Of a stretch of 64,000 bases of DNA, positions 38,673 to 48,957 are shown one piece after another; position 1 is the first letter of the stretch; each line of letters opens with the position of its first letter. Made by a program: the position numbers and the translations under genes. Source of the DNA: an uncultured Clostridiaceae bacterium (GTDB lineage Bacteria; Bacillota; Clostridia; TANB77; CAG-465); assembly GCA_947381905.1 (NCBI GenBank), contig CANCXL010000006.1:448-64447 (forward strand), given 5' to 3'. Under the pieces are notes generated by a model. The model ran no database searches. It was not told where the DNA came from and saw nothing but the letters and a program-made list of their open reading frames with translations.

Positions 38673-40577
38673 CTACTTTCCTAAATTATGCTGACTAATA
38701 TATATTAGTAATACAGATATATCTGCAGGAGAAACACCAGATATACGAGAGGCTTGACCAACAGATAATGGCTTTTGTTTATTAAGCTTTTGTCTAGCTT
38801 CTAGGCACAACCCTTTAATATCATTATAATCTATATCTGGACTTAACTTCTTATTTTCAAGTTGTTTAAATTCGTCTATTTGTTCTTGCTGTAATTTAAT
38901 ATATCCTTCATATTTAATTTGTATTTCAGCTTCCTCAGCAACAGCTTTAGAAATATTTTGTCGTTTTTTGTCGATAGGAGCAAGATTTTCATAAGTTAAT
39001 TCACTTCTTTTTAGTAAATCAGCTAGCTTGCATCCAGTACTTAGTCTAGATGATCCAAGACTTTCAAGTAAATTATTAACTTCATCAGATGGTCTTACAG
39101 CAGTTGCTCTAATACGTTCAACTTCTCTCCTTATTTGATCTTTCTTCTCTTTAAACATTTTATATTTTTCTTCTGTTACTAGCCCTACATTATATCCTTT
39201 TTCTGTAAGTCTTAAATCTGCATTATCTTGTCTTAAAGCAAGTCTATATTCGGCACGTGATGTCATCATTCTATATGGTTCATTAGTTCCTTTTGTTACT
39301 AAATCATCTATTAAAACACCAATATATGCCTCTGACCTATCTAATATTAGTGGCTCTTTATTATCTATTTTTAATGATGCATTAATTCCTGCCATAATTC
39401 CTTGTGCTGCTGCTTCCTCATATCCTGATGAACCATTTACTTGTCCAGCAAAGAATAATCCGTCTATTCCTTTATATTCAAGACTTAGTTTTAAGTTTGT
39501 AGAATCAATGCAATCATATTCAATTGCGTATGCAGGTCTCATCATTTTAGCATTTTCAAGTCCTGGAACAGTTCTATACATCTGTATTTGAACCTCTTCT
39601 GGAAGAGAAGAAGACATTCCTTGTATATACATCTCAGATGTTTTCTCTCCTAAAGGTTCAATAAATAATTGATGTCTTTCTTTATCTGCAAATCTTACAA
39701 CTTTATCCTCAATTGATGGACAATATCTAGGTCCAGTTGATTTTAACTTCATATCTTTATTTGCTGTATATATAGGAGATCTATCTAGATTGGCACGAAT
39801 TATTTTATGAGTTTCTTCTGTTGTATATGTTAAATAACAAGATACTTGATTTTTATGCATTATTTCTTCATTTTCTGCATTATCAAAAGAAAATGGTGTT
39901 ATTTCCTTATCCCCTAATTGTTCTTCCATTTTTGAAAAATCTATAGTTTTAGCATTAATTCTTGCTGGTGTTCCTGTTTTAAACCTTCTTAGTTCTACTC
40001 CAATATCTAATAAACTTTGAGATAGATCATTTGCAGGAAAAACCCCATCTGGACCGGATTCATAAGATACTTCTCCTATAATTACTTTTCCTTTTAGATA
40101 TGTGCCTGTTGCAACAATAACAGACTTAGTTTTAAATGTAGCTCCAATCTTTGTCTTTACTCCAACTACTTTTCCATCTTCTACTAATATTTTAACAATT
40201 TCTGCTTGATAAACATCTAAATTTTCTTGTGCTTCCATTGTTTTTTTCATTTCAATATGATACATTCTTCTATCTGATTGCACTCTTAAAGAATGTACAG
40301 CAGGACCTTTAGATGTATTAAGCATTTTAGATTGCAAAAAAGTTTTGTCTGCATTTTTTGCCATCTCTCCACCTAGAGCGTCTATTTCTCTTACTAAATG
40401 TCCCTTTGATGTACCACCAATACTTGGATTACAAGGCATATTTGCAAGAGTATCTAAATTAATTACAAAAGCTGCAGTCTTTTTTCCCATACGAGCAGAT
40501 GCAAGTGCAGCTTCACATCCTGCATGTCCTGCTCCTATTACTACAACATCATATTCACCTAAACAATATTCACTCAT
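38673..40577 (-). CDS. mnmG: tRNA uridine 5-carboxymethylaminomethyl modification enzyme MnmG (GidA)
   Basis: [19 protein letters not shown] motif. Full-length conserved GidA pattern. Confidence 0.97.
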   Translation of the reverse strand: MSEYCLGEYDVVVIGAGHAGCEAALASARMGKKTAAFVINLDTLANMPCNPSIGGTSKGHLVREIDALGGEMAKNADKTFLQSKMLNTSKGPAVHSLRVQSDRRMYHIEMKKTMEAQENLDVYQAEIVKILVEDGKVVGVKTKIGATFKTKSVIVATGTYLKGKVIIGEVSYESGPDGVFPANDLSQSLLDIGVELRRFKTGTPARINAKTIDFSKMEEQLGDKEITPFSFDNAENEEIMHKNQVSCYLTYTTEETHKIIRANLDRSPIYTANKDMKLKSTGPRYCPSIEDKVVRFADKERHQLFIEPLGEKTSEMYIQGMSSSLPEEVQIQMYRTVPGLENAKMMRPAYAIEYDCIDSTNLKLSLEYKGIDGLFFAGQVNGSSGYEEAAAQGIMAGINASLKIDNKEPLILDRSEAYIGVLIDDLVTKGTNEPYRMMTSRAEYRLALRQDNADLRLTEKGYNVGLVTEEKYKMFKEKKDQIRREVERIRATAVRPSDEVNNLLESLGSSRLSTGCKLADLLKRSELTYENLAPIDKKRQNISKAVAEEAEIQIKYEGYIKLQQEQIDEFKQLENKKLSPDIDYNDIKGLCLEARQKLNKQKPLSVGQASRISGVSPADISVLLIYISQHNLGK

Positions 40578-40590
40578 TTTAATACCTCCT

Positions 40591-41964
40591 TTACTTACCT
40601 AAGCAGAATTTTTCAAATATCTTTGCGATGATATCTTGAGTTACATCTGCTCCAATTATTTCTCCTAAAGTTTTTGTACTCTTTTTTACATATATTGATA
40701 CAATATCTATAGGTTGTCCATTATTAATCTCGCTTTTGGCATCGTTTAAATAGTTAATAGCTTTTTTTAACAAATCTCTATGTCTTTCATTAGTTATAAT
40801 TAATTCATGTGTATAATCTAAATCTGTTGAATCAAACAAATTAATTATTTCATTTTTTAATTCATCAATACCAACATTCTCTTCAACAGATATACAAATC
40901 GGCTTATTAATCCCATTATCTACTAATTCGAGCGTAATGGTGTCTAAAATCGATTTTTCGGTTACATCCATCTTATTTATTGCCGTTATATATTTAAGCC
41001 CTTTATTTTGGATTTTAGAAAGAATTTCAAAATCTTCTTTTGATACCCCATCTTGTCCATTAATTAAATATAAAACTAAATCCATTTCTTCTAAAATTTT
41101 TAAGCTCTTTTCTACTCCAATTTTTTCAATTATATCGTCAGTATCTCTTATTCCTGCAGTATCTGATATATTTAAAACTATGTTTCCAAGGTTAATTGTT
41201 TCTTCTACTATATCTCTAGTAGTTCCAGGAATATTTGTAACAATAGCCTTTTCATAATTTGCAAGTCTATTTAACAGTGATGATTTCCCAACATTTGGTT
41301 TACCAAGTATTGCTACATTTACTCCATTTTTTATATATTTTCCATGGTCATATGTATCAACAATATGCCCAATTTCAGATATTTTTTTATCTAGTAGTCC
41401 AACAATGCTTTCTGGCTCTACTTCTTCATAATCATATTCTGGATAGTCCACACTTACTTCTATATGTGCCATAAGTTCTACTAACTCTTCACGTAATTCA
41501 CGTATTTTTTTAGATAAATCACCTTCAATATTTTTAGCTGCAATCCTACTTTCGGTTCTAGTCTTAGCGTTAATAAGATTAATTACGGCCTCTGCTTGAG
41601 ATAAATCCATTTTACCATTTAAAAATGCTCTTTTTGAGAATTCTCCAGGTTCAGCAAGAGTTGCTCCACTTTCTAAAACTAGTTGTAATATATCTTTTGT
41701 AATTTGATTTCCACCATGACAGTTAATCTCACATACATCTTCGCCTGTAAAAGAATGAGGCGCTTTAAAATATGAAACTAAAACATTGTCTAATATCTCA
41801 TTATTATCCAAAATCTTGCCATAAATAATACGATTTGGCTCTAAATTTGTATTAGATTTAAATATCTTATTTATTATATTCAAACTATCTTTTCCGCTTA
41901 TTCTAATAATGCTAATACCACTATTTGATAATGCTGTTGCAATAGCTGCAATAGTTGTAGACAT
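40591..41964 (-). CDS. mnmE: tRNA modification GTPase MnmE (TrmE)
   Basis: TIAAIATA N-terminus, G1 [10 protein letters not shown]-terminal FCLGK. ATG at 41964 follows AGGAGG. Confidence 0.95.
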   Translation of the reverse strand: MSTTIAAIATALSNSGISIIRISGKDSLNIINKIFKSNTNLEPNRIIYGKILDNNEILDNVLVSYFKAPHSFTGEDVCEINCHGGNQITKDILQLVLESGATLAEPGEFSKRAFLNGKMDLSQAEAVINLINAKTRTESRIAAKNIEGDLSKKIRELREELVELMAHIEVSVDYPEYDYEEVEPESIVGLLDKKISEIGHIVDTYDHGKYIKNGVNVAILGKPNVGKSSLLNRLANYEKAIVTNIPGTTRDIVEETINLGNIVLNISDTAGIRDTDDIIEKIGVEKSLKILEEMDLVLYLINGQDGVSKEDFEILSKIQNKGLKYITAINKMDVTEKSILDTITLELVDNGINKPICISVEENVGIDELKNEIINLFDSTDLDYTHELIITNERHRDLLKKAINYLNDAKSEINNGQPIDIVSIYVKKSTKTLGEIIGADVTQDIIAKIFEKFCLGK

Positions 41965-42084
41965 AATGTACCTCCTAATATTCAAAAGAACTCAGCGAGT
42001 AGAATAATACCTATAATTGTACTATCTACACCACTGAGTTCTATTTAACTTTCACCTAAATAGAAATGGTGAATTATATACTTT

Positions 42085-42243
42085 TTAATATCCTATTCCA
42101 AGATCATCTCTTTCTTTAGTTTGACCTTGTCCAGCATCGTTTCCTGCTTCCTTTTTTAGCTTGTTAATTGGCCAATTTTCAACAGGATCGTTTCTTGTTT
42201 TTAATTCATCAACGAATTCTTCATAGTTTTCCTTATCTTCCAT
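42085..42243 (-). CDS. unannotated small ORF (52 aa), acidic/Gly-rich
   Basis: ATG with a GGAGG SD 7 nt upstream. Translation MEDKENYEEFVDELKTRNDPVENWPINKLKKEAGNDAGQGQTKERDDLGIGY, followed by a hairpin + T-run (41991-42055). Below the ORF-track length cut-off. Confidence 0.45.
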   Translation of the reverse strand: MEDKENYEEFVDELKTRNDPVENWPINKLKKEAGNDAGQGQTKERDDLGIGY

Positions 42244-42263
42244 AATAATACCTCCATAAAAGA

Positions 42264-42926
42264 TTATCTATATTGATATTTTCTTTTAATAACAACTCTT
42301 CTTCTAGGCTCTTCACCAATAGATTCAGTTTCAACATCTTTTCTATCAGCAAGCTCTCTATGTATTATTAGTCTTTCATAAGCTGACATTGGCTCAAGTC
42401 TAATTGGTCTTCTAAATTTAACACAATTTGCTGCCATTTTATTAGCTAGTTTTCTAAGTTTTTCTTCTTTTTTCTTTTTATAATCATTAATTTCTACAAA
42501 TACTTTAGCGTATTCTTCATCTTCTCTTTGAAGAATAGAATTAAGTAATGATTGAAAAGCCTCAATTGTCTTACCTTTATATCCAATTAAATGAGCAACA
42601 TCATCACCTGTAATAGTAAGATTCATTTGATTTCCATTCTTTTCTACTGTGTAGTTAATAGTTTCGCCAGTAATATCAAACATATCTTTTAATACTTCTT
42701 CTAGTTTTGTCTTTGTCTTTTCTGCTACTTCGTCACTTACTTTTTTATCTACTGTAAGCCTTACTTTTGCAAGTTTAGCAGAAAGAATTCCTAAAACGCC
42801 GCCATTTGAAGGTTCTTCTAAAACTTCAATTTTAACATCGTCTCTTGATACTTTTAATTCTTCTAAACCTTTTCTAATAGCTTCTTCTACTGTTTTTCCA
42901 ATTTGTTCAGTAACTTTTTTAGTCAT
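42264..42926 (-). CDS. jag: Jag/KhpB RNA-binding protein (KH + R3H domains)
   Basis: LIGYKGKTIEAFQ (KH) and ERLIIHRELA (R3H). Located after yidC. Confidence 0.9.
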   Translation of the reverse strand: MTKKVTEQIGKTVEEAIRKGLEELKVSRDDVKIEVLEEPSNGGVLGILSAKLAKVRLTVDKKVSDEVAEKTKTKLEEVLKDMFDITGETINYTVEKNGNQMNLTITGDDVAHLIGYKGKTIEAFQSLLNSILQREDEEYAKVFVEINDYKKKKEEKLRKLANKMAANCVKFRRPIRLEPMSAYERLIIHRELADRKDVETESIGEEPRRRVVIKRKYQYR

Positions 42927-43812
42927 TATTATCACCCTTTCCTAGGAATAATGTTTTATCTTTTTTAATATCTTTTTTATTTTCATCTTTTTCTTCCATT
43001 AATTTATCCATAATAAATTGTTGACCAATACCTAAAATACTTCCAAATAGCCAGTATACACCAAGTGCTAAAGGCCATGCAAATGCGATATATGCTGAAA
43101 GTATAGGCATCATAATATTCATGGATTTTTGCATTTCAAGTTGATCTTCAGACATTGTTTTCTTGCTTTTTTTCATAGTAATATGATTGCTTAATAATGA
43201 GAAGAAAAGTGTAAGAACTGGTATAGCTAATGACCATTTACTTACTTTTTTAGATTCATCTTTAGAAAATACATCTTTTGGTGTATCTCCAAGATTAATC
43301 TTATCTCCTACATTCATGTCTAATAATCCATATTCCTTGGCAATATTTATTTCATATTGTTTAGCTGTTTTAAAATCTAATGTACTAGGGTCTATCGTAT
43401 TTTCTTCAGTAGTAAAGTACTCTGCTGTATAGTTAATTATATCCTGTTGTGACATTTGATTTATATATGTTAAAGGTTGTTTTACAACCCAAAACATAGC
43501 TAAAATAAGTGGAATCTGAATTATTGGTAATAAACAACCAGCCATCGGATTAATTTTATTTTCTGCGTATAATTTGCTTATTTCTTCATTAAGTTTTACT
43601 GGATTATCCTTATATTTTTCTCTAAGTTTCTTGTCCTCTGGCGCAATTTTTTGAATACCTGCTGATGATTTTAATTGTTTTAGCATTAATGGGAAAAGTA
43701 ATAACTTTGTAAGCAAGGTAAATATTAAAAGTGCTACAAGATAGTTATTTCCAACTAAATTATAGATAATTCTAATAATACCTCCTAACAAACTTGAAAT
43801 AAAGTCAATCAT
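42919..43812 (-). CDS. yidC: membrane protein insertase YidC/SpoIIIJ
   Basis: Polytopic, conserved GCLP.IIQIPI segment, synteny. Confidence 0.9.
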   Translation of the reverse strand: MIDFISSLLGGIIRIIYNLVGNNYLVALLIFTLLTKLLLFPLMLKQLKSSAGIQKIAPEDKKLREKYKDNPVKLNEEISKLYAENKINPMAGCLLPIIQIPLILAMFWVVKQPLTYINQMSQQDIINYTAEYFTTEENTIDPSTLDFKTAKQYEINIAKEYGLLDMNVGDKINLGDTPKDVFSKDESKKVSKWSLAIPVLTLFFSLLSNHITMKKSKKTMSEDQLEMQKSMNIMMPILSAYIAFAWPLALGVYWLFGSILGIGQQFIMDKLMEEKDENKKDIKKDKTLFLGKGDNND

Positions 43813-43828
43813 TAATATCCCCCATTCG

Positions 43829-44071
43829 TTACTTTAGTAAATCCACTCCACCTTTTGAAAATGGATTACATTTAAGTATTCTTATTATACCTAATAAACT
43901 CCCTTTAATTATACCATATTTGTCAACTGCTTGCCTAGTATATTCAGAGCAAGTCGGATAATATTTACAATGACTGCCAATCCTTGGAGATATCGCTACT
44001 TGATAAAACCTAATCAAACGTATAAGTCCTCGTCTTGGCAATAGTATAATTTTATTAATAAATTTCTTCAT
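43829..44071 (-). CDS. yidD: membrane protein insertion efficiency factor YidD
   Basis: YQ..ISP....[10 protein letters not shown] motif. Confidence 0.9.
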   Translation of the reverse strand: MKKFINKIILLPRRGLIRLIRFYQVAISPRIGSHCKYYPTCSEYTRQAVDKYGIIKGSLLGIIRILKCNPFSKGGVDLLK

Positions 44072-44423
44072 ATAAATTCAACTCCTCAAAGCATTTAATT
44101 ATGTCATCTTTAATTATATGGAAATTTACTTCTTTAGCAATAGTATCTTTTTTATATATAATTATATAATTATATCCCATTTTTAGTTTTTCTTCCTCTT
44201 GTTTATATACCTCACGAGCATATCTTTTAAGCCTATTTCTCTCTACACTATTGCCATTTTTCTTAGATACACATACTGCAAAAAAATTAGTACTATCCCC
44301 ATTTTCTACAGCAAATTTAGTCTTACAAGAATGTACCACTATATATTTTCCTTTAGAATACTCACCTTTTTTAAAAATATACTTAAATACTCTATTATCT
44401 TTAATTCTTAATGTATATTTCAT
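44055..44423 (-). CDS. rnpA: ribonuclease P protein component
   Basis: [18 protein letters not shown] (RNR motif), synteny with rpmH. Confidence 0.9.
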   Translation of the reverse strand: MKYTLRIKDNRVFKYIFKKGEYSKGKYIVVHSCKTKFAVENGDSTNFFAVCVSKKNGNSVERNRLKRYAREVYKQEEEKLKMGYNYIIIYKKDTIAKEVNFHIIKDDIIKCFEELNLYEEIY

Positions 44424-44443
44424 TTAAATCATCCTTATCATTT

Positions 44444-44472
44444 AAAAAAAGTGGATACATTGCATATCCACT
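44444..44472 (-). terminator. hairpin + T7 between rpmH and rnpA (attenuator/terminator)
   Basis: Stem AGTGGATA/TATCCACT followed by T7 on the minus strand. Confidence 0.6.
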
Positions 44473-44483
44473 TACATATTTAA

Positions 44484-44618
44484 TTAAGCACAAAGTACTT
44501 TTCTTCCTTTTGCTCTTCTAGCTTTTAATACGTTTCTTCCTGAAGAAGTTGACATTCTTTTTCTAAATCCGTGTACTTTTTGTGTTTGTCTTGTTTTTGG
44601 TTGATATGTTCTTTTCAT
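44484..44618 (-). CDS. rpmH: 50S ribosomal protein L34
   Basis: Translation [54 protein letters not shown]. Below the ORF-track cut-off. Confidence 0.95.
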   Translation of the reverse strand: MKRTYQPKTRQTQKVHGFRKRMSTSSGRNVLKARRAKGRKVLCA

Positions 44619-44819
44619 GTTACTACACCTCCTAAACAATGTATATATATTAAATAATTTTCAACTCAAAAAAATAAATGCTAATTAGTTAATAAATTAG
44701 TCATTTAAACATTTGTATAAGTGAGACAATTATACACCATGATCTATACTTTGTCAACCCCTAATATAATAAAATACAGTTACATAATATAGCGTGAAAA
44801 CTTACAATATAAAAAAAAG

Positions 44820-45710
44820 TTATCCACAGTTTTTATGTATATTTGTAAATTACAAATTTGACCATCTTTTACTATTATTTTTTTTATTTGCCTGTGGATA
44901 ACTTTAAATAACCTAATAAATTATATTAAATTTATATGAAAAACTACATAAAAAAGTAAGTTATCCACAGTTTTTATGTAAATTAAAATATCGTATAATT
45001 AATATTGAAAAAAATTTTGCGCAATCAAAAATTACTATAAAAGTTTTCACACAATAAAATGCTTTAAATTCAGTAATAGCAAGGCTTTTAAGATTACATA
45101 TTTTTTATAAAAATAATAAAAGTTTTCACAGTTATCCACAGTTTTTATGGAAATTTATACATAATAAAATAGTATAAAAATAAAGTTATCCACAGGGGGT
45201 GTGGATAAAACTGTGGATAACTTTTATAAAATTATCAGTGTTTCATTTTTTTTAGTTGTAAATCACATATAACTGTGGATAGTTTTTAATATCAGTGCTT
45301 CTAATATATTTAGATTTACGTAATAATGATTTTCTAAATTTTCTGTGAAAACTTTATTTTGCGCAATCGACATAAAATATAAAAAAATAGCAAAATAAAT
45401 TGTATATTACAACTAATGAAATATGCCATTTGAATAGGGTTTCAAAGGTTATCCACACATTTTTGACACAATTATTACAAAAAAGTTGCAAAACAGTTAA
45501 AATCTGCAAGTTTAAAAGTTATCCACAGGTAAACTGTGGATAACTTGTGGATAACTATGTGATAGAATTGTGAAAATGGAAATTGTCGAAAAAGTTATCC
45601 ACAGGGGGTGTGGATAACTTAGCTAGTTATCCACAGTTTTATCCACAGGCAAGACACCCTTCAAAGTACTGAAAATACTGGATTTTTAAAAGTTATCCAC
45701 ATTATCCACA
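44820..45710. repeat. DnaA-box cluster
   Basis: TTATCCACA starts at 44820, 44961, 45132, 45186, 45449, 45519, 45595, 45627, 45639, 45693 and 45702. TGTGGATAA starts at 44893, 45200, 45212, 45535, 45546 and 45609 (plus 45921 outside the cluster). Confidence 0.9.
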
Positions 45711-46076
45711 GGCCTAATAATAACAATAATATATAATAAATAATAACTTAATATTTTTATATACGCGTACGCGCGCGTGAGAAACCCTATAAAAAATTGG
45801 TTTACATTTTTCCAAAAAAATATAAATTAATAAAAGTTTTTTTAGTTAAAAAATAAAATAAAAAAATACAAAATTATTTTTTATTTTATCTACATAATTC
45901 ACAAATTAAATTGTTTAAAATGTGGATAACAAAAATTAAAGATAAAATTGAAATCAATATATTTACAAATAATTTCTAATTTAAAGAAAAATATAATTAT
46001 TTTTATAATTTAGTTATACACATAATTCACTTAATAAATTGTTGATAATGTTTATAACTTTAAAATATTTTTATAA

Positions 46077-46115
46077 TGATATTTAAAATAATAATTTAAA
46101 ATAATAATTTAAAAT
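46077..46115. repeat. AT-rich 13-mer tandem repeat (candidate DNA unwinding element)
   Basis: AATAATTTAAAAT x2 perfect (46090-46102, 46103-46115) plus a partial copy upstream. Confidence 0.5.
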
Positions 46116-46281
46116 ATTAATTCAATTTATATAAATATACTAATTATTTTTATTAGAAAATTTTTTTAATGTGTAAAATGGGGATAATTAAGTATATTTA
46201 AAAATTTTGTTATTGATTTTTTAAATTAATTTTATTATAATAAAGACAGATTAAACGGAATTAATTTTAAAGGAGGGAAAT

Positions 46282-47694
46282 ATGGAAGATAATTTTATGA
46301 ATGTTTGGGAAAAAGCAGTAGATATATTAAAAGATGAAGTTTCACCAATTGCAATGAAAACATATATTGAAGTTATAGTACCAAGACTTATAAATAAAAA
46401 TACAGTTTGTCTACTATGTCCTTCTAGTTATTATGTAGATACAATAAAGCATCGTTTTGTTGAATTAATTAGAAATGCATTAAATTATTTAACAAGTGTA
46501 GATTATGAAATAGTTTTTGAAGTAAAGACTACTGTTCCAGAAAATGAAATAACAGATATTGATGATGTAGAAATCATTAGAGGACAGTTTGGGGATGTAG
46601 AGAGCTTAGATGGAAAAGAAAAATTAAATCCTATATTAGATATAGAAAAAATTCGTGAGAATGCAGGACTTAATAAAAGATATACTTTTGATAATTTTAT
46701 AATTGGAAATAATAATAGATTTGCTCAAGCAACAGCTTATTCTATAAAAGATAATTTAGGGTTAACTAATCCTTTATATATTTATGGAGGTGTTGGTCTT
46801 GGAAAAACACATCTTATGCAAGCAATAGGTAACGCTGTAATTGACGAGGATCCCTCTAAAAAGGTTTTTTATTGCTCAGGGAAGGATTTTGTTGAGGAAC
46901 TTGTAAATGACATTTTAAATAGCAAAAAGGACGATTTAAATACTAACTTTAAAAATAAATATAGAAATTTAGATTTGTTACTTATTGATGATGTTCAAAT
47001 TATTGCTGGAAAGCAAAAAAGTCAAGAAGAATTTTTCCATACATTTAATGCTTTATGTGAAAGTGGAAAACAAATTGTTTTAACATCAGAAAGACCTCCA
47101 AAAGAAATAAATGGATTAGAAGATAGATTAAAAACAAGATTTTCTATGGGAGTAAGTGTAGATATTCAAACACCAGATTATGAAACAAGACTTGCAATAT
47201 TAAAAAAGAAAGCAGCAGAAGAAAGATATGTTATATCTGATGATATATTAATTAAAGTTGCAACTAAGGTTAAATCTAATGTAAGAGAGCTTGAGGGAGT
47301 ATTTAATAAACTTATGGCTTATACAAAATTTACAAATAATCCTTTAACTGATCCAGTAGTAGACAATGTTATAGAATCAATACTTGTAAAAAATAGTAAC
47401 GTTTTATCTAGTACATTAGTTATGCAAGTTGTTGCTAAATTTTTTGATTTACCTGTAACAGATTTAACAAGTGATAAAAGATCAACAAAAATTGCATATC
47501 CAAGACAAATTGCAATGTATCTATGTAGAGAGGTAGCAGATATGTCTTTTCCAGCTATAGGAAAAGATTTTGGTGGAAGAGATCATTCTACAGTATTACA
47601 TGCATATTCTAAAATACAAGATGAGTATGAGAACAATCCAGACACAAAAGATTTAATAGATGATATTAAAAAGACTTTAGAAAGAGAAGGTTAA
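46282..47694 (+). CDS. dnaA: chromosomal replication initiator DnaA
   Basis: Walker A GGVGLGKTHL, LLIDDVQ, C-terminal box-binding SFPAIGKDFGGRDHSTVLHA. Confidence 0.98.
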   Translation: MEDNFMNVWEKAVDILKDEVSPIAMKTYIEVIVPRLINKNTVCLLCPSSYYVDTIKHRFVELIRNALNYLTSVDYEIVFEVKTTVPENEITDIDDVEIIRGQFGDVESLDGKEKLNPILDIEKIRENAGLNKRYTFDNFIIGNNNRFAQATAYSIKDNLGLTNPLYIYGGVGLGKTHLMQAIGNAVIDEDPSKKVFYCSGKDFVEELVNDILNSKKDDLNTNFKNKYRNLDLLLIDDVQIIAGKQKSQEEFFHTFNALCESGKQIVLTSERPPKEINGLEDRLKTRFSMGVSVDIQTPDYETRLAILKKKAAEERYVISDDILIKVATKVKSNVRELEGVFNKLMAYTKFTNNPLTDPVVDNVIESILVKNSNVLSSTLVMQVVAKFFDLPVTDLTSDKRSTKIAYPRQIAMYLCREVADMSFPAIGKDFGGRDHSTVLHAYSKIQDEYENNPDTKDLIDDIKKTLEREG

Positions 47695-47778
47695 TTTTTC
47701 TATACTATTGATTTTTAAGATTTAATTTATTATAATAGAAAAATAAATATAAACGGTTTAAGAAAAGGGGAAAAGTAA

Positions 47779-48897
47779 ATGAATATTAAATGTGATTTAA
47801 AAGAACTAATAAATGCTTTAAATATCGTATCAAAGACATCTAGTTCAAAAACAACAATGCCAATTTTAGAAGGAGTTTTATTTGAAGCTTATCAAAACAA
47901 ATTAAAACTTATAACAAATGATTTGGAAATTGGTTCTGAACATACTTTTGATTGTGAAGTAATTAGAGAAGGTAAAACTGTTGTAGATTTAAGAATGCTT
48001 AATGAGATAGTAAGAAAAATAGAAGATGAAACAGTAGAAATTTCTGTTGATGATAATTTATTTGTTTTAAAATCTATTAATGGAATTTTTAAACTTGCTG
48101 TAATGAATCCTAATGAATATCCAAAACTTCCAGTTTTTGATGTTGAAAGAAGCATTGATTTACAACAAAATGTGTTTAAAGATATGATTAGAAGAACATT
48201 ATTTTCTGTAAGTACTGATGAAAATAGACCAGTGTATAACGGTGCGCTAGTTAAAGTTGAAGATAATGTTTTAACTATAGTTACTATAGATGGATTTAGA
48301 CTTTCATTAAAAAAACATTTAAGTGAAAAAGATATTAATGACTTTAAAGCAATTATTCCAGGAAGAGTGTTATCTGAATTGTTAAAAATATTAAGTGATG
48401 CAGAAGATGAAAATGTAAGAATTGGAATAAATAGAAATCAAGCATTATTTGAAATTGGAAATAGTATCATAATTAGTAGATTAATTGAAGGAGAATTTTT
48501 AAATTATCAAAGTATAATTCCTGACCATTATGAGACTAAAGTAAGAGTAAAAACTAAAAAATTATTAGATTCTTTTGAAAGAGTTGCTTTATTTGCTAAA
48601 GAAAATAAAGAAAAAGATAAGAAATCTCCAGTTAAAATGAGATTAAGCTTAGATGGTATTACTTTAAGCTGTGTAAGTGAAAATGGAGATGCAAAAGAAG
48701 ATATAGCAGCTTTTGTTGAAGGTAAAGAATTAGAAATTGGATTTAATCCAAGATATGTTATTGATGCTTTAAAAGTTATTGAAGATAGTGAAATTTGTGT
48801 AGAGTTTACAACAAGTATTTCACCAGTACTATTTAAACCTGTTGTTTCTAATGAATTTACTTATGTAGTTTTACCAATAAAAATAAAACAAGATTAA
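47779..48897 (+). CDS. dnaN: DNA polymerase III beta sliding clamp
   Basis: Synteny, length, conserved MPILEGVLFEA and DGFRL motifs. Confidence 0.97.
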   Translation: MNIKCDLKELINALNIVSKTSSSKTTMPILEGVLFEAYQNKLKLITNDLEIGSEHTFDCEVIREGKTVVDLRMLNEIVRKIEDETVEISVDDNLFVLKSINGIFKLAVMNPNEYPKLPVFDVERSIDLQQNVFKDMIRRTLFSVSTDENRPVYNGALVKVEDNVLTIVTIDGFRLSLKKHLSEKDINDFKAIIPGRVLSELLKILSDAEDENVRIGINRNQALFEIGNSIIISRLIEGEFLNYQSIIPDHYETKVRVKTKKLLDSFERVALFAKENKEKDKKSPVKMRLSLDGITLSCVSENGDAKEDIAAFVEGKELEIGFNPRYVIDALKVIEDSEICVEFTTSISPVLFKPVVSNEFTYVVLPIKIKQD

Positions 48898-48910
48898 TAT
48901 AGATATTAAT

Positions 48911-48947
48911 AAAGCATGAGTAATCAAACTCATGCTTTATTTTTTTG
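48911..48947 (+). terminator. rho-independent terminator after dnaN
   Basis: Stem AAAGCATGAGT/ACTCATGCTTT + T-run. Confidence 0.75.
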
Positions 48948-48957
48948 AGGGATATAT

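Larger units (their letters stand above)
44619..46281. other. chromosomal replication origin (oriC), entire rpmH-dnaA spacer
   Basis: At least 18 perfect TTATCCACA/TGTGGATAA boxes plus degenerate ones. AT-rich tract with 13-mer tandem repeats next to dnaA. Confidence 0.9.

Noticed and set aside
44820-45710. Possible CRISPR array or tandem repeat because of the many identical 9-mers
   Set aside because: The repeats are 9 nt and occur in both orientations with irregular spacing. They match the DnaA-box consensus and lie between rpmH and dnaA, so this is an origin, not CRISPR. No cas genes are present.
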